Notes under the pieces: generated by a model
Told to the model about the DNA's origin: nothing
Seen by the model: the letters and a program-made list of their open reading frames with translations, nothing else
The model's database searches: none
Translations under genes and position numbers: made by a program
Shown: piece after piece, positions 21,131 through 31,191 of the stretch
Layout: every line of letters starts with the position of its first letter
Numbering within the stretch: the first letter of the stretch is position 1
Sequence record: PZ445439.1
DNA: 64,000 nucleotides
Reading direction: 5' to 3' (one strand)
Source: a phage

Positions 21131-22225
21131 ATGGCAATTGTTAAAGAAATAACTACTGATTTAATTAAAAAGTCCGGTGAGAAAATTTCAGCCGGACAGA
21201 GCACTAAATCAGAAGTAGTAACTAAAACATACACAGCCCAGTTTCCAACTGGGCGTGCTAGTGGTAATGACACTACAGGGGACTTCCAGGTAACAGATCT
21301 ATATAAGAATGGATTATTATTTACTGCATACAATATGTCATCTAGGGATTCTGGAAGTCTTAGATCGATGAGATCTAACTACTCTTCTTCATCTTCGAGT
21401 ATTTTAAGTACAGCTAGAAACACTATTAGTAGTACAGTATCAAAACTATCAAATGGATTAATATCAAATAATAATTCAGGAACAATAAGTAAAGCTCCTG
21501 TCGCAAACATTCTTTTACCGAGATCTAAATCTGATGTTGATACATCATCACATAGATTTAATGATGTTCAAGAAAGTCTTATCAGCAGAGGCGGAGGTAC
21601 TGCTACTGGTGTGTTAAGTAATATTGCTTCAACTGCAGTATTTGGGGCACTGGAAAGTATAACGCAAGGTATAATGGCTGATAATAATGAACAGATTTAT
21701 ACGACAGCCAGAAGTATGTACGGCGGTGCTGAAAATAGAACTAAAGTGTTTACATGGGATTTGACTCCACGTTCCACAGAAGATTTAATGGCTATTATTA
21801 ATATCTATCAGTATTTTAACTATTTTTCTTATGGTGAAACAGGTAAATCTCAATATGCTGCTGAAATAAAGGGGTATTTAGATGATTGGTATCGTTCTAC
21901 GTTAATTGAACCTTTATCTCCGGAAGACGCAGCTAAAAATAAAACACTATTTGAGAAAATGACAGCAAGTTTAACGAACGTTCTTGTAGTTTCAAACCCG
22001 ACGATTTGGATGGTGAAAAACTTTGGTGCAACATCTAAGTTTGATGGAAAAACTGAAATATTTGGTCCATGCCAAATACAAAGTATCAGATTTGATAAAA
22101 CACCTAATGGTAACTTTAACGGATTAGCTATTGCTCCAAACCTCCCTAGTACATTTACTCTCGAGATTACTATGAGAGAAATTATCACGTTAAACCGTGC
22201 TTCTTTATATGCGGGGACTTTCTAA
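21131..22225 (+). CDS. 48: Baseplate-tail tube junction protein gp48 (364 aa)
   Basis: ORF track; size and synteny. Confidence 0.92.
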   Translation: MAIVKEITTDLIKKSGEKISAGQSTKSEVVTKTYTAQFPTGRASGNDTTGDFQVTDLYKNGLLFTAYNMSSRDSGSLRSMRSNYSSSSSSILSTARNTISSTVSKLSNGLISNNNSGTISKAPVANILLPRSKSDVDTSSHRFNDVQESLISRGGGTATGVLSNIASTAVFGALESITQGIMADNNEQIYTTARSMYGGAENRTKVFTWDLTPRSTEDLMAIINIYQYFNYFSYGETGKSQYAAEIKGYLDDWYRSTLIEPLSPEDAAKNKTLFEKMTASLTNVLVVSNPTIWMVKNFGATSKFDGKTEIFGPCQIQSIRFDKTPNGNFNGLAIAPNLPSTFTLEITMREIITLNRASLYAGTF

Positions 22226-23190
22226 TGTATTCTTTAGAGGAATTTAATAATCAAGCAATAAACGCAGATTTCCAGCGTAATAATATGTTTAGCTGCGTTT
22301 TTGCGACAACTCCATCAACTAAAAGCTCTTCGTTGATAAGTTCAATTAGCAACTTTTCTTATAATAACTTGGGCCTAAATTCAGATTGGTTAGGATTGAC
22401 TCAAGGCGATATTAATCAGGGAATTACCACGCTAATTACTGCTGGCACACAAAAACTAATAAGAAAATCGGGAGTCAGTAAATATCTTATTGGTGCCATG
22501 AGCCAGCGTACCGTTCAGAGTTTATTGGGCTCATTTACAGTTGGTACATATTTAATCGATTTCTTTAATATGGCGTATAATTCATCTGGATTGATGATAT
22601 ATTCTGTAAAAATGCCAGAGAATAGATTATCTTATGAAACTGACTGGAACTATAACTCTCCTAATATTCGCATAACCGGGAGAGAATTAGACCCTTTGGT
22701 TATTTCATTCAGAATGGATTCAGAAGCTTGTAACTATCGTGCAATGCAAGACTGGGTTAACGCTGTTCAAGACCCAGTAACTGGACTGCGTGCTTTGCCA
22801 CAAGATGTCGAGGCAGATATTCAGGTTAATCTTCATGCTCGTAATGGATTACCTCATACTGCGGTGATGTTCACCGGATGCATTCCAGTGTCAGTGAGCG
22901 CTCCTGAGTTATCATATGATGGAGATAACCAAATAACTACATTTGATGTTACTTTTGCGTATAGAGTCATGCAGGCTGGGTCGGTTGATAGACAAGCTGC
23001 GCTTGAATGGCTTGAATCTGCTGCTATAAATGGTATTCAAAGCGTTCTTGGAAATAGTGGAGGTGTTACTGGATTATCTAATTCGCTTTCACGACTTAGT
23101 AGATTAGGAGGAACTGCTGGAAGCATTTCAAACATTAATACTATGACAGGAATTGTCAATTCGCAAAGTAAAATATTAGGAGCAATATAA
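22225..23190 (+). CDS. 54: Baseplate-tail tube initiator gp54 (321 aa)
   Basis: ORF track; size and synteny; terminator follows. Confidence 0.92.
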   Translation: MYSLEEFNNQAINADFQRNNMFSCVFATTPSTKSSSLISSISNFSYNNLGLNSDWLGLTQGDINQGITTLITAGTQKLIRKSGVSKYLIGAMSQRTVQSLLGSFTVGTYLIDFFNMAYNSSGLMIYSVKMPENRLSYETDWNYNSPNIRITGRELDPLVISFRMDSEACNYRAMQDWVNAVQDPVTGLRALPQDVEADIQVNLHARNGLPHTAVMFTGCIPVSVSAPELSYDGDNQITTFDVTFAYRVMQAGSVDRQAALEWLESAAINGIQSVLGNSGGVTGLSNSLSRLSRLGGTAGSISNINTMTGIVNSQSKILGAI

Positions 23191-23194
23191 CAAT

Positions 23195-23215
23195 GGGGAC
23201 CTTTCGGTCCCCATA
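23195..23215 (+). terminator. Rho-independent terminator after gene 54
   Basis: ggggacc-tttc-ggtcccc followed by atattttttt. Confidence 0.75.
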
Positions 23216-23219
23216 TTTT

Positions 23220-23510
23220 TTATTTACGGAATGAAATAAAAGCAGCAACTGAAGCAACTAAACTGTCTTCAATATAAACTTCAATTTTTACCGGAGCTTC
23301 TGACTCAAATTTACCTGTTACTACACCCTGAAAAATACTTTCAGTCTGTTCTGGCTTTGAAAAATTTTCAGAAGGAAAAATTCCGAACTTTTTATCTGTT
23401 CCAAAAATTTTGATAAATTCATCATAAACTGCTTCATTGAAAGCATTATCAGTGGGAATAACGCCTTCAACTACAAGTTCTTGACCTAAAAAGCGCAAAG
23501 AAGATTTCAT
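23220..23510 (-). CDS. Hypothetical protein (T4 alt.-3 position), 96 aa
   Basis: ORF track; ATG with GAGGA Shine-Dalgarno; early promoter upstream. Confidence 0.7.
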   Translation of the reverse strand: MKSSLRFLGQELVVEGVIPTDNAFNEAVYDEFIKIFGTDKKFGIFPSENFSKPEQTESIFQGVVTGKFESEAPVKIEVYIEDSLVASVAAFISFRK

Positions 23511-23533
23511 TTTGTGTTCCTCATGTTATGTCA

Positions 23534-23572
23534 GTAAGACTACTATAACATAACACGAGGGACTTGTAAACT
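23534..23572 (-). promoter_or_regulatory. T4-type early promoter (-35 GTTTAC, -10 TATAGT) driving the alt.-3-position gene
   Basis: Minus strand GTTTACaagtccctcgtgttatgtTATAGT; matches T4 early promoter -35 consensus. Confidence 0.6.
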
Positions 23573-25628
23573 ACATTTTGAACTTTTTAGACATTCCGTT
23601 GATGTTAACCAAAGAAGCCAAGATTTGAGAAACTTCGTTTTCCTCTTCTTTTGATTCTTCTACAAGGAATTGATTAAATCCAGCCATTGGACGAACTTCA
23701 CCAGTTTCCATTAGATGGTCGCCATCATATACCGATTCCTCTAATTGTTCAGAAGGAGGAACGATTGTACCTTCTATTAGATACTTGTTATAAGCAGTTT
23801 CTTTCATAAAGTACGTACTTACTTTATTAATCTTTAGTAAAATTCCACGCGGTAGAATAACTTCAGCTTCTGATGGAAATCCTGATAAATGACCTGGAAC
23901 GATAACTTTGATTCGCTCAGCTCCTTTAATTACCATACCCACGCTAGTTTCAGCATCTTCATTAGCATATGTAGAATGACTACCCATATGCATCAAATCT
24001 TCTGCATCAACGGAACCTTCTCCTTCACCAGAAAATACTGCGCCGGAATCATCTAGAGCCATATAGTTTTTACCATGCTCACCGAAGATATTTGGTTTAA
24101 GCGATGTGGATACGAAGTTCTTGAAATAGAACATTTTGTTTTCAATGTTATGACGCAAAGTTTTAAAGGTAACTTCTTGTCCACGGTAAAGTGTAGTTCC
24201 TGGAGGAAGAACTGATCCTTTGGCAAAGGCAGAATCCAACGTCTCGATGTGCTTAATAGCTCGTTCCATATATTCTTCACGGGTAGAATCTGGTTTACCC
24301 AAAAGGAACGAGTTCATTTCAACATATGAATCTGCACAATACTCTTCAATTACATCAGACTCAGCCTGAGTTAATCCTTTTGGAGTTACTTCGGTGCTTG
24401 CGTATTCGTATGCCTGGGCAGCAGATTCATTAATCAATTTATAAATGCCATTCATTACAAATTGAACAATAGCTGTCTTTTCATCTGGTGTAGCTTTAGA
24501 ACCTTTAACTAAATCATTGACAATTTTCTTAATAACATCAAAGCTATTAGAAATATTAATGTCAGCAAGATCGCTTAAAATTTTATCAGTTTTATAATCA
24601 AAGAATTCTTTATTCTTTAAATATTCTTGAGAACCTTGATATGTTATATCGCTCTGCAACTTGATAGATGGATCACGTAAACGCGCATGAGCCAGTGCAA
24701 TATGATTTCGGAAACTTTCTAGTTCATAATCGTTAGATTTAAAACGAGAAGCACTCCTCATACCACCGATAGCTCCTTTGCTGAAGTTTGACCCAACTTG
24801 AATAACACCAGAGTTCATTGGTCCTTCTGCTTTATATACCGGAACTTTAGATTCAAATTCCTGATACTTCTTAGCAGCGAAGCTATCGCCCTGAAGTGAA
24901 GCATCGACAGTAGAATATTGAGCTTGTGCTGCTAATCGACGACTGATTTTAGTTTTCTGAATAACAGCTTGATCAGTACGTTTATCATTTTCTAAAGCAA
25001 TAGAAGCAGCAACTGCGACAGCTTTAGGAACCGCGTCTCCTGTTTTAACGTCTACATAAACATCACCGACCTTTGATTCAACTTTTGTGAATAGCTCTGT
25101 TGAAATAGGAGGTACACCTGGAATGTCTTCTAATTTAGCATTTTTACGGTAAACCATAATATATGCATACTTTTTATCATAGTCCCAAATTTCCTTTAAG
25201 AGAACATATCGACCTGCTCCTTTAGTACGTACTAAACGGTCAGCAATAACTTGCATTTGACGAGCTGCGCCATTTGTTTTACTTTTTAGTACGCGGAATA
25301 AGCATGCGTCGATTTTATACTGTTTCATTGTTTGAAGAGCAGTATCAAAAACAGCATTAATGACGCCAATTGGATTTCCACCCAAGTTTCTAAGCTTAAC
25401 CAGCGATAATTTCTCGTTGACACCTATCATTACGATATGCATCATTTTGTCGCCTGGCTTAACGTTTTTATTTGTATCACCGCCAGAGGTGTATGTACAA
25501 AATCTAAATCCAGGAAGCACGCTTTCTTCGCCGGCTTGAATAGCAAAAATTTGTGGTATTTTATGCTTAGGATTTAAGTTAACAACCGGCGCCGAAGCGC
25601 CGTCAAATAATTCTGTAATAAGTTCCAT
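23571..25628 (-). CDS. Alt-like ADP-ribosyltransferase paralogue (685 aa)
   Basis: N-terminal ~230 aa highly similar to Alt; C-terminal region retains R (LYRGQ), STS (VSTSL) and E-x-E (EAEVILP) motifs. Confidence 0.85.
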   Translation of the reverse strand: MELITELFDGASAPVVNLNPKHKIPQIFAIQAGEESVLPGFRFCTYTSGGDTNKNVKPGDKMMHIVMIGVNEKLSLVKLRNLGGNPIGVINAVFDTALQTMKQYKIDACLFRVLKSKTNGAARQMQVIADRLVRTKGAGRYVLLKEIWDYDKKYAYIMVYRKNAKLEDIPGVPPISTELFTKVESKVGDVYVDVKTGDAVPKAVAVAASIALENDKRTDQAVIQKTKISRRLAAQAQYSTVDASLQGDSFAAKKYQEFESKVPVYKAEGPMNSGVIQVGSNFSKGAIGGMRSASRFKSNDYELESFRNHIALAHARLRDPSIKLQSDITYQGSQEYLKNKEFFDYKTDKILSDLADINISNSFDVIKKIVNDLVKGSKATPDEKTAIVQFVMNGIYKLINESAAQAYEYASTEVTPKGLTQAESDVIEEYCADSYVEMNSFLLGKPDSTREEYMERAIKHIETLDSAFAKGSVLPPGTTLYRGQEVTFKTLRHNIENKMFYFKNFVSTSLKPNIFGEHGKNYMALDDSGAVFSGEGEGSVDAEDLMHMGSHSTYANEDAETSVGMVIKGAERIKVIVPGHLSGFPSEAEVILPRGILLKINKVSTYFMKETAYNKYLIEGTIVPPSEQLEESVYDGDHLMETGEVRPMAGFNQFLVEESKEEENEVSQILASLVNINGMSKKFKM

Positions 25629-25631
25629 GAT

Positions 25632-27725
25632 TTATCCTTGAACGAACTTGTAAGGCATGTTTGTAATATCTATGCAAGACGCAATAATTCCAAGAGATGA
25701 TTCTACTTTCTGTTTAACGTTTGATGAAACAAATGATGCAAAGTCAACTCTGTCTTCTATTTCAATATCACCTGTCATTGCAACCAATTCACCAGTTTCC
25801 ATTAAATGGTCTCCATCATAGATTACCGATTCGGTGAGCTCTTCCGTGGTCATAACTTCAGCTTGAATGAGTTTTGTATTATTAGATGTTGTTCCGTCAT
25901 TATTAGAAGCATCAGTTATTTTATTAACTTTGACCATCAATCCACGCGGTAGAATAACTTCAGCTTCTGTTGCTATTCCGAGACTTCCTGGATATACAAC
26001 ATTAACTTTATGAGCTCCATCAATTGCCCATCCTATTTGAACTTTAACGTATTCAGGATTTTCTTTATACGCTCTTATTTCGTTTGGATTAATAGTTATT
26101 CCTTCTTCATTTTTATCAACTGTTAATTCATTGCGAGCTTCTGGTTCTAAAAGACCAATACCAGCATGTGTAATTCCAAAACGTCCAAAAATGATAGGAG
26201 TTAAAGAAGTAGATACAAAATTTCTGAAGTAGAACACTTTATTTTTAACTAGTGCTTCGTATATAGGAGCAGTCATACTTTGAGCACGATAAACTGTAAT
26301 GCCTTCCGGTATGCGGTCACCATTTTCAAAAGCTGAATCTAAATTATTTATAGCAGATTCAATTTCTTTTTCACTCATTACATCATATCGTTCTGGATTG
26401 TAACGACCTAAAAGAAGATTATTGATGTCAGTATATCCTGAACCACAATACTCTCTAATGCCGCGCTTTTGTGATGGAGTATATTTAGAACCATCACGGG
26501 CAATAGTAATATCAATCATTGGACCTGCACCAATTCCAGAAAAACTATAAATCATTCTTTTGAGGAATTTAGTTTTTGCTGCGTTCCAGGAATTTTTAGT
26601 CATTTCTTCCCAGACTTCATCTGGCTGCCCTTTACGAGTTTTATTATGTTTATCAAGCCAATTATCTTTATATTCTTCAAAGAGTTGATTAACAGCTGCT
26701 GCGTATTTCTCTAAACATTTTATTGAAGTAGTTGGTTCATTTTTAATCGCATTAAGAATTACATCTTTAATTTTTTCAGAAACTTCATTAACCTCACTTT
26801 TTGAAAAGAATTTATAGTCATAATGAAGTTCATCTGCGGTTCCTTCGGCAATAATTTTTGCTGCCTTAGTTTTAGAAGCTAATGAATTAATTCCAAGTTT
26901 CATTTCTTCTGCTTCGGGAATTAAAGGAGCGGTAGCAGGTTTATTGAAATTAGCTGCGGTAGATTCATATTTCTGGAATAATTCACTTTCAAATCTAGAA
27001 GATTCCAATGACTGACTTTGTGCAATTGCTCTACGGGAAATTTTAACTTTAACGATTACAGCTTGGTCAGAACGTTTATCATTTTCTTGTGCAATAGATG
27101 CAGCAATTGCCTCATTTTTAGTTACTTGAGCTCCAGTATCTTTATTGATATAAACATCACCGACCTTCGATTCAACTTTAGTAAAGAGCTCGGTGCTAAT
27201 TTCCGGAACTCCTGGAATGTCTTCTAGTGATACATTTTTGCGATGTATAAGAATATATGCATACTTTTTATCGTAATCCCAGAGTTCCTTAAGAAGGACG
27301 TATCTGCCACCTGAACGACTGCGGATAAGTCTATCAGCAATAAGTTGAATTTGACGAGCTTGACCAGCAGTTTTAGACTTAAGAATACGGAGCATACAGG
27401 CATCAATTTTATACTGACGCATCGTCTGCATCGCAACAGTAAAAACTGAATTGATGTAATTAATTGGGCTTGGACCGAGACCTTTTAATTTAGCAATTGA
27501 ACCTTTAGCAGTTAATGTAAAAGGAACAATATGCATCATTTTATCGCCCATCTTTAAATCGCGATTAGTATCACCTCCAGATGTATAGGTACATAAACGA
27601 AAGCCTGGTTGTTCAATTGCGTCATCAACATGAACTGAAAAAATTTGTGGTATTTTCTTCTTTGGATTTAAGTTTGTAATCGGAAGAGTAGTATCTTCGT
27701 CAAATAATTCTGTAATGAGTTCCAT
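25632..27725 (-). CDS. alt: Alt, capsid-packaged ADP-ribosyltransferase (about 697 aa from second ATG)
   Basis: N-terminus MELITELFDEDTTLPITNL matches recalled T4 Alt; R-STS-ExE motifs present; late promoter upstream. Confidence 0.92.
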   Translation of the reverse strand: MELITELFDEDTTLPITNLNPKKKIPQIFSVHVDDAIEQPGFRLCTYTSGGDTNRDLKMGDKMMHIVPFTLTAKGSIAKLKGLGPSPINYINSVFTVAMQTMRQYKIDACMLRILKSKTAGQARQIQLIADRLIRSRSGGRYVLLKELWDYDKKYAYILIHRKNVSLEDIPGVPEISTELFTKVESKVGDVYINKDTGAQVTKNEAIAASIAQENDKRSDQAVIVKVKISRRAIAQSQSLESSRFESELFQKYESTAANFNKPATAPLIPEAEEMKLGINSLASKTKAAKIIAEGTADELHYDYKFFSKSEVNEVSEKIKDVILNAIKNEPTTSIKCLEKYAAAVNQLFEEYKDNWLDKHNKTRKGQPDEVWEEMTKNSWNAAKTKFLKRMIYSFSGIGAGPMIDITIARDGSKYTPSQKRGIREYCGSGYTDINNLLLGRYNPERYDVMSEKEIESAINNLDSAFENGDRIPEGITVYRAQSMTAPIYEALVKNKVFYFRNFVSTSLTPIIFGRFGITHAGIGLLEPEARNELTVDKNEEGITINPNEIRAYKENPEYVKVQIGWAIDGAHKVNVVYPGSLGIATEAEVILPRGLMVKVNKITDASNNDGTTSNNTKLIQAEVMTTEELTESVIYDGDHLMETGELVAMTGDIEIEDRVDFASFVSSNVKQKVESSLGIIASCIDITNMPYKFVQG

Positions 27726-27748
27726 CATATCCTCTCTAGTGTTTATTC

Positions 27749-27756
27749 TATTTATA
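27749..27756 (-). promoter_or_regulatory. Late promoter TATAAATA (minus strand) upstream of alt
   Basis: Plus tatttata; about 24 nt upstream of alt ATG. Confidence 0.6.
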
Positions 27757-27761
27757 AAATT

Positions 27762-27779
27762 AAAGGCCCGAAGGCCTTT
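27762..27779 (-). terminator. Terminator after the gene 30 transcription unit (minus strand)
   Basis: aaaggcc-cgaa-ggccttt stem-loop; minus strand followed by AATTTTAT. Confidence 0.65.
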
Positions 27780-27966
27780 AATAATCTATTGGTAAGAGAG
27801 TACGATATATTTCAAACTTTGGACCTTTTTCATAGGCATCAAATGTTTCTGTGAATTTATTATAAGCATATGCATCTATAAATTCAATCATAATTTGTGA
27901 TACAGAAGTAGAAACATCTCCACCTTCTTTTTGAGCAACGACAATTGTTTCTAAGTAAGCTTTCAT
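27778..27966 (-). CDS. Hypothetical 62-aa protein between DNA ligase and alt
   Basis: ORF track; ATG overlaps gene 30 stop (ATGA); terminator hairpin at its 3-prime end. Confidence 0.55.
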   Translation of the reverse strand: MKAYLETIVVAQKEGGDVSTSVSQIMIEFIDAYAYNKFTETFDAYEKGPKFEIYRTLLPIDY

Positions 27967-29426
27967 AGACCAGTTACCTCATGAAAATCACCAAATACAT
28001 CCTCGAATGTATTAGCTTTAGTTTTATCTTCACGTAAACGAATCGCAATCGGAAGAAATAATTTAACGTAATCAGTGCGGCCATCAGATTTTAGCCAACC
28101 GTTGCATTCGCACTCTAGAATTTTTCCAATATAATAATTTTGGTTTTCCATAATGCGAGTACGGTCAAGTTCATGTGATTTTACACCGGCTTTATCTTTT
28201 AAGCCTGAACCAGCATTTACTTTAATTTTTCCACACTCTGATTCAAGAATAAATCCACCTGCTTTAGTAGGGTCTTTACGGTGAGGATAAATTCCTACAA
28301 TTTTTAAATCAACATCAATTACTTCTTTAAATTTATAGAGATTTTTTGAACGAGCATTTTCCCACAATCCATCGGTATTTTTGAGAATAATACCTTCAAG
28401 ACCTTGGTCAATATATTTTTTATAAATTACCTTAGCTTCATCTAGGTTATTTACTACCTGGTTTTCAATTAAAATTACTTTATCATATCCTGATGTCATT
28501 TGTTCTAGTTTAGAAAAACGTACATCATATTTTAAACGAAACGCCGGAAGACCGTATATTTCTACCAACGGGACATAATCCCAGACCTGAAACTTCATGC
28601 ATTTGGCTTCTTTTTCGGAAATGGTTCCTTTTAAGGATTTATTGGCGATTCCATTAGAAGCAGTACGAGATTCCGCTACTTCGGCGAATTCTTTAGCTTT
28701 ACTAATTTCAGGATAAGCATCAAAAAGAAAATCTAGGCCTTCTGGTTCCTTTTTAACTTGCTCATGGTATACCAATTCGCCATCAATTAACACACCTTCT
28801 GGATGAATCTGGCGGGCTTCAGCGGTCATTTTGATTAACTCTTCCTTAAGAAGATCTAATCCTAAATATTCATTGCCAGCTCGTGATAAAAGACGAACAT
28901 CATCTAATTCATCACCTCTAACTTCAGCAAAACACCGAGCCCCATCAGCTTTTAACTGGGCAAAGGCTGGAAATTTGATATTCTTATTAATGCCCTTTTC
29001 ATCATAAGAACTTGCGAGCATTTGAGGTTGTTCAGGAATTAAACCTGGCCAAACTTTGTTTGCAATAGATACTGAAGCACCGCATTCAAGGTCTCGCATC
29101 ATCACCCGACGCAAAACTTCAACATCATCTTTTTTACCGTCAGTAATATATCCAGTTAATTCCTCAATTGCCGCATTTCCAGTCAATTTCCGAGTAGCTA
29201 ACGTGAATTCAATGAAGTCGAGCATATCTGTAAGAGTCAACATTCCAAAACTCTGGGTAGCAATACCAGGTTTAGGCCATTTCTTGATATAATACTGTAA
29301 CCCACGAGAATAAGTCAGACGATATACTCGTTTAAGCAATTCATTATCTTTATTCTTTTCAAGAATTGCTTGCTTCTGCTTAGTTGAACCAATAGATGCT
29401 ATTTCGTTCAGAATTTTAAGAATCAT
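27963..29426 (-). CDS. 30: ATP-dependent DNA ligase gp30 (487 aa)
   Basis: ORF track; N-terminus and size match recalled T4 DNA ligase. Confidence 0.95.
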   Translation of the reverse strand: MILKILNEIASIGSTKQKQAILEKNKDNELLKRVYRLTYSRGLQYYIKKWPKPGIATQSFGMLTLTDMLDFIEFTLATRKLTGNAAIEELTGYITDGKKDDVEVLRRVMMRDLECGASVSIANKVWPGLIPEQPQMLASSYDEKGINKNIKFPAFAQLKADGARCFAEVRGDELDDVRLLSRAGNEYLGLDLLKEELIKMTAEARQIHPEGVLIDGELVYHEQVKKEPEGLDFLFDAYPEISKAKEFAEVAESRTASNGIANKSLKGTISEKEAKCMKFQVWDYVPLVEIYGLPAFRLKYDVRFSKLEQMTSGYDKVILIENQVVNNLDEAKVIYKKYIDQGLEGIILKNTDGLWENARSKNLYKFKEVIDVDLKIVGIYPHRKDPTKAGGFILESECGKIKVNAGSGLKDKAGVKSHELDRTRIMENQNYYIGKILECECNGWLKSDGRTDYVKLFLPIAIRLREDKTKANTFEDVFGDFHEVTGL

Positions 29427-29692
29427 TGTTCATCCTTTAGAGTTTGGTTTACAGCTCTATTATAAATCAATTCATCATTAAGCTCAGTCAAAGACCTGTG
29501 GTACGTGGTTCTAACTTTATTTCCTTGCATCCAGTGCTTGACGTAAATGAAACCTTGCTCTACACATTTTTTAAAAATTCGTTCGTCTTTTTGAGCTCGG
29601 AATTCTGGATTGCATCTAAAAAATTGATTTACGTGACCGTAATCACGTGTAGTATTACCTTCATTTTCATAAATAGTATGAACGACAAACAT
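29423..29692 (-). CDS. Hypothetical protein (T4 30.1 position)
   Basis: ORF track; ATG start; overlaps ligase start. Confidence 0.7.
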   Translation of the reverse strand: MFVVHTIYENEGNTTRDYGHVNQFFRCNPEFRAQKDERIFKKCVEQGFIYVKHWMQGNKVRTTYHRSLTELNDELIYNRAVNQTLKDEQ

Positions 29693-30537
29693 TAGAATGC
29701 TCCTTGGAAAATATTATCACCACTAGTAGGTCTATTATACAAATACTCTATGCCACCGGGTTTAATATAATTCCATGTCTGAAACGGATGTGTATAATAT
29801 GGATGATATGGATGATATGGATTATAAGGATTAAATCCAGGAGTTCTCCAGGTAGTGTTCCAACGAAAAGAATCATTTTTAATCATCTTTTCAATTACAT
29901 CTTTTATAGCTTTTTCACTATCAAAACTTTCTTTATTTTCCTTTGGTGAAAAAAGCTTATTCTCTACATCGTTCCATGTATAAACTCGCTGAGCGGTTTT
30001 TGGAATACTGTCACGTTCCCCTCGAGCCATCCAATACACAGGAACACGTAATATTTCACTCGCATGATCGCAGTGGTGAGCGAGATCGTCAATATAACAA
30101 ATTACGTTATATTTCTCTTTTGCCTTTTTGAACAACTCTTCTTTTGAAGAATCATGACCACACATCATTACTTCTGAGAAGGCACCAGGAAAAAGAGCAT
30201 TCAAATTAAATTGACGATTCAGCAGAGCGTCAATAGAATCACCCAATGCTGTAACAGCTACAAAATTATAATCTTCTTTTAATTTGTTAATTACACACAG
30301 GGCATCTTTATATGGAGACAAGTAACGAATAAAATCTGAACGATTGTATTTTTCAATTAGCTTAACGCCAAGCTCTTCATCGCAATTAAATAGTTTACCT
30401 GGAGAGATAAATTTCTCATCTTGGATCATTTTTAAAATATGTTCCAACGGAAGATTATATTTCTGAGCAAAATAAGGAAGACCTGATTGCCAGCTTAAAC
30501 ATACTCCATCAATATCAGTTAAAATAGTAGGCTTCAT
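29692..30537 (-). CDS. HAD-superfamily phosphatase-like protein (T4 30.2 position), DIDGV motif near N-terminus
   Basis: ORF track; DxDGx motif; synteny. Confidence 0.7.
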   Translation of the reverse strand: MKPTILTDIDGVCLSWQSGLPYFAQKYNLPLEHILKMIQDEKFISPGKLFNCDEELGVKLIEKYNRSDFIRYLSPYKDALCVINKLKEDYNFVAVTALGDSIDALLNRQFNLNALFPGAFSEVMMCGHDSSKEELFKKAKEKYNVICYIDDLAHHCDHASEILRVPVYWMARGERDSIPKTAQRVYTWNDVENKLFSPKENKESFDSEKAIKDVIEKMIKNDSFRWNTTWRTPGFNPYNPYHPYHPYYTHPFQTWNYIKPGGIEYLYNRPTSGDNIFQGAF

Positions 30538-30992
30538 AGAGAGTCTCTTAATAGGTTTAACACATCAATAAATTCAGCTTCGGTTAGTATTGTATCATCT
30601 TTTGTTAGACCACTAGCCATGCTGTGCTTCAAAACTTTTCCTTTCGAGGCTTGTAATGCATCACGAAAGCCCTTGTTTTGGATCGCTGCTTCAAAATATG
30701 CATTTGTGTATAATTCTTTCCACGCCGGGGAGTATCTTGAAAACGGAACTCCAAGCCAGAAGAGGGTCCCACGGTCCTGAGCTCTAGCATAAGACCTTCC
30801 AGCTTGTTGGGCGGCAAGCCCGGATAACCCAAATATACGACGTTGTTGTTCAACATTTTTCACCTTACACCCTTGGAGGAATCCTTCAAGACCTCCAAAT
30901 TGAATACCATCCATAACGAAAGGCCATTGGGCGAAATTACTTAATGCACATGATGGCCACCTAAAATTACTTCTAATCTCTAACTCAGACAT
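30534..30992 (-). CDS. Hypothetical protein (T4 30.3 position), start set to ATG at 30992 (track ORF begins at TTG)
   Basis: ORF track; ATG two codons inside the TTG; synteny. Confidence 0.65.
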   Translation of the reverse strand: MSELEIRSNFRWPSCALSNFAQWPFVMDGIQFGGLEGFLQGCKVKNVEQQRRIFGLSGLAAQQAGRSYARAQDRGTLFWLGVPFSRYSPAWKELYTNAYFEAAIQNKGFRDALQASKGKVLKHSMASGLTKDDTILTEAEFIDVLNLLRDSL

Positions 30993-31191
30993 TTTCAATG
31001 CTTATAATTTCAACATCAGCCCAATGACCATAGCAAGGAAGACGAAATTCAACTGGCCAGTTAGGGTCCTTTTCTAATATAATAGACTTAACTTGTGGTT
31101 CTTCGTGTTCATCAGTATACGGATTTTTATCTGTTACTTTATATGTGACCTTAATGTACTGAATTCCAAAAATCTTATTAATTATATTCAT
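30985..31191 (-). CDS. Hypothetical small early protein
   Basis: ORF track; ATG start; gene overlaps typical of the T4 30.x cluster. Confidence 0.6.
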   Translation of the reverse strand: MNIINKIFGIQYIKVTYKVTDKNPYTDEHEEPQVKSIILEKDPNWPVEFRLPCYGHWADVEIISIENV

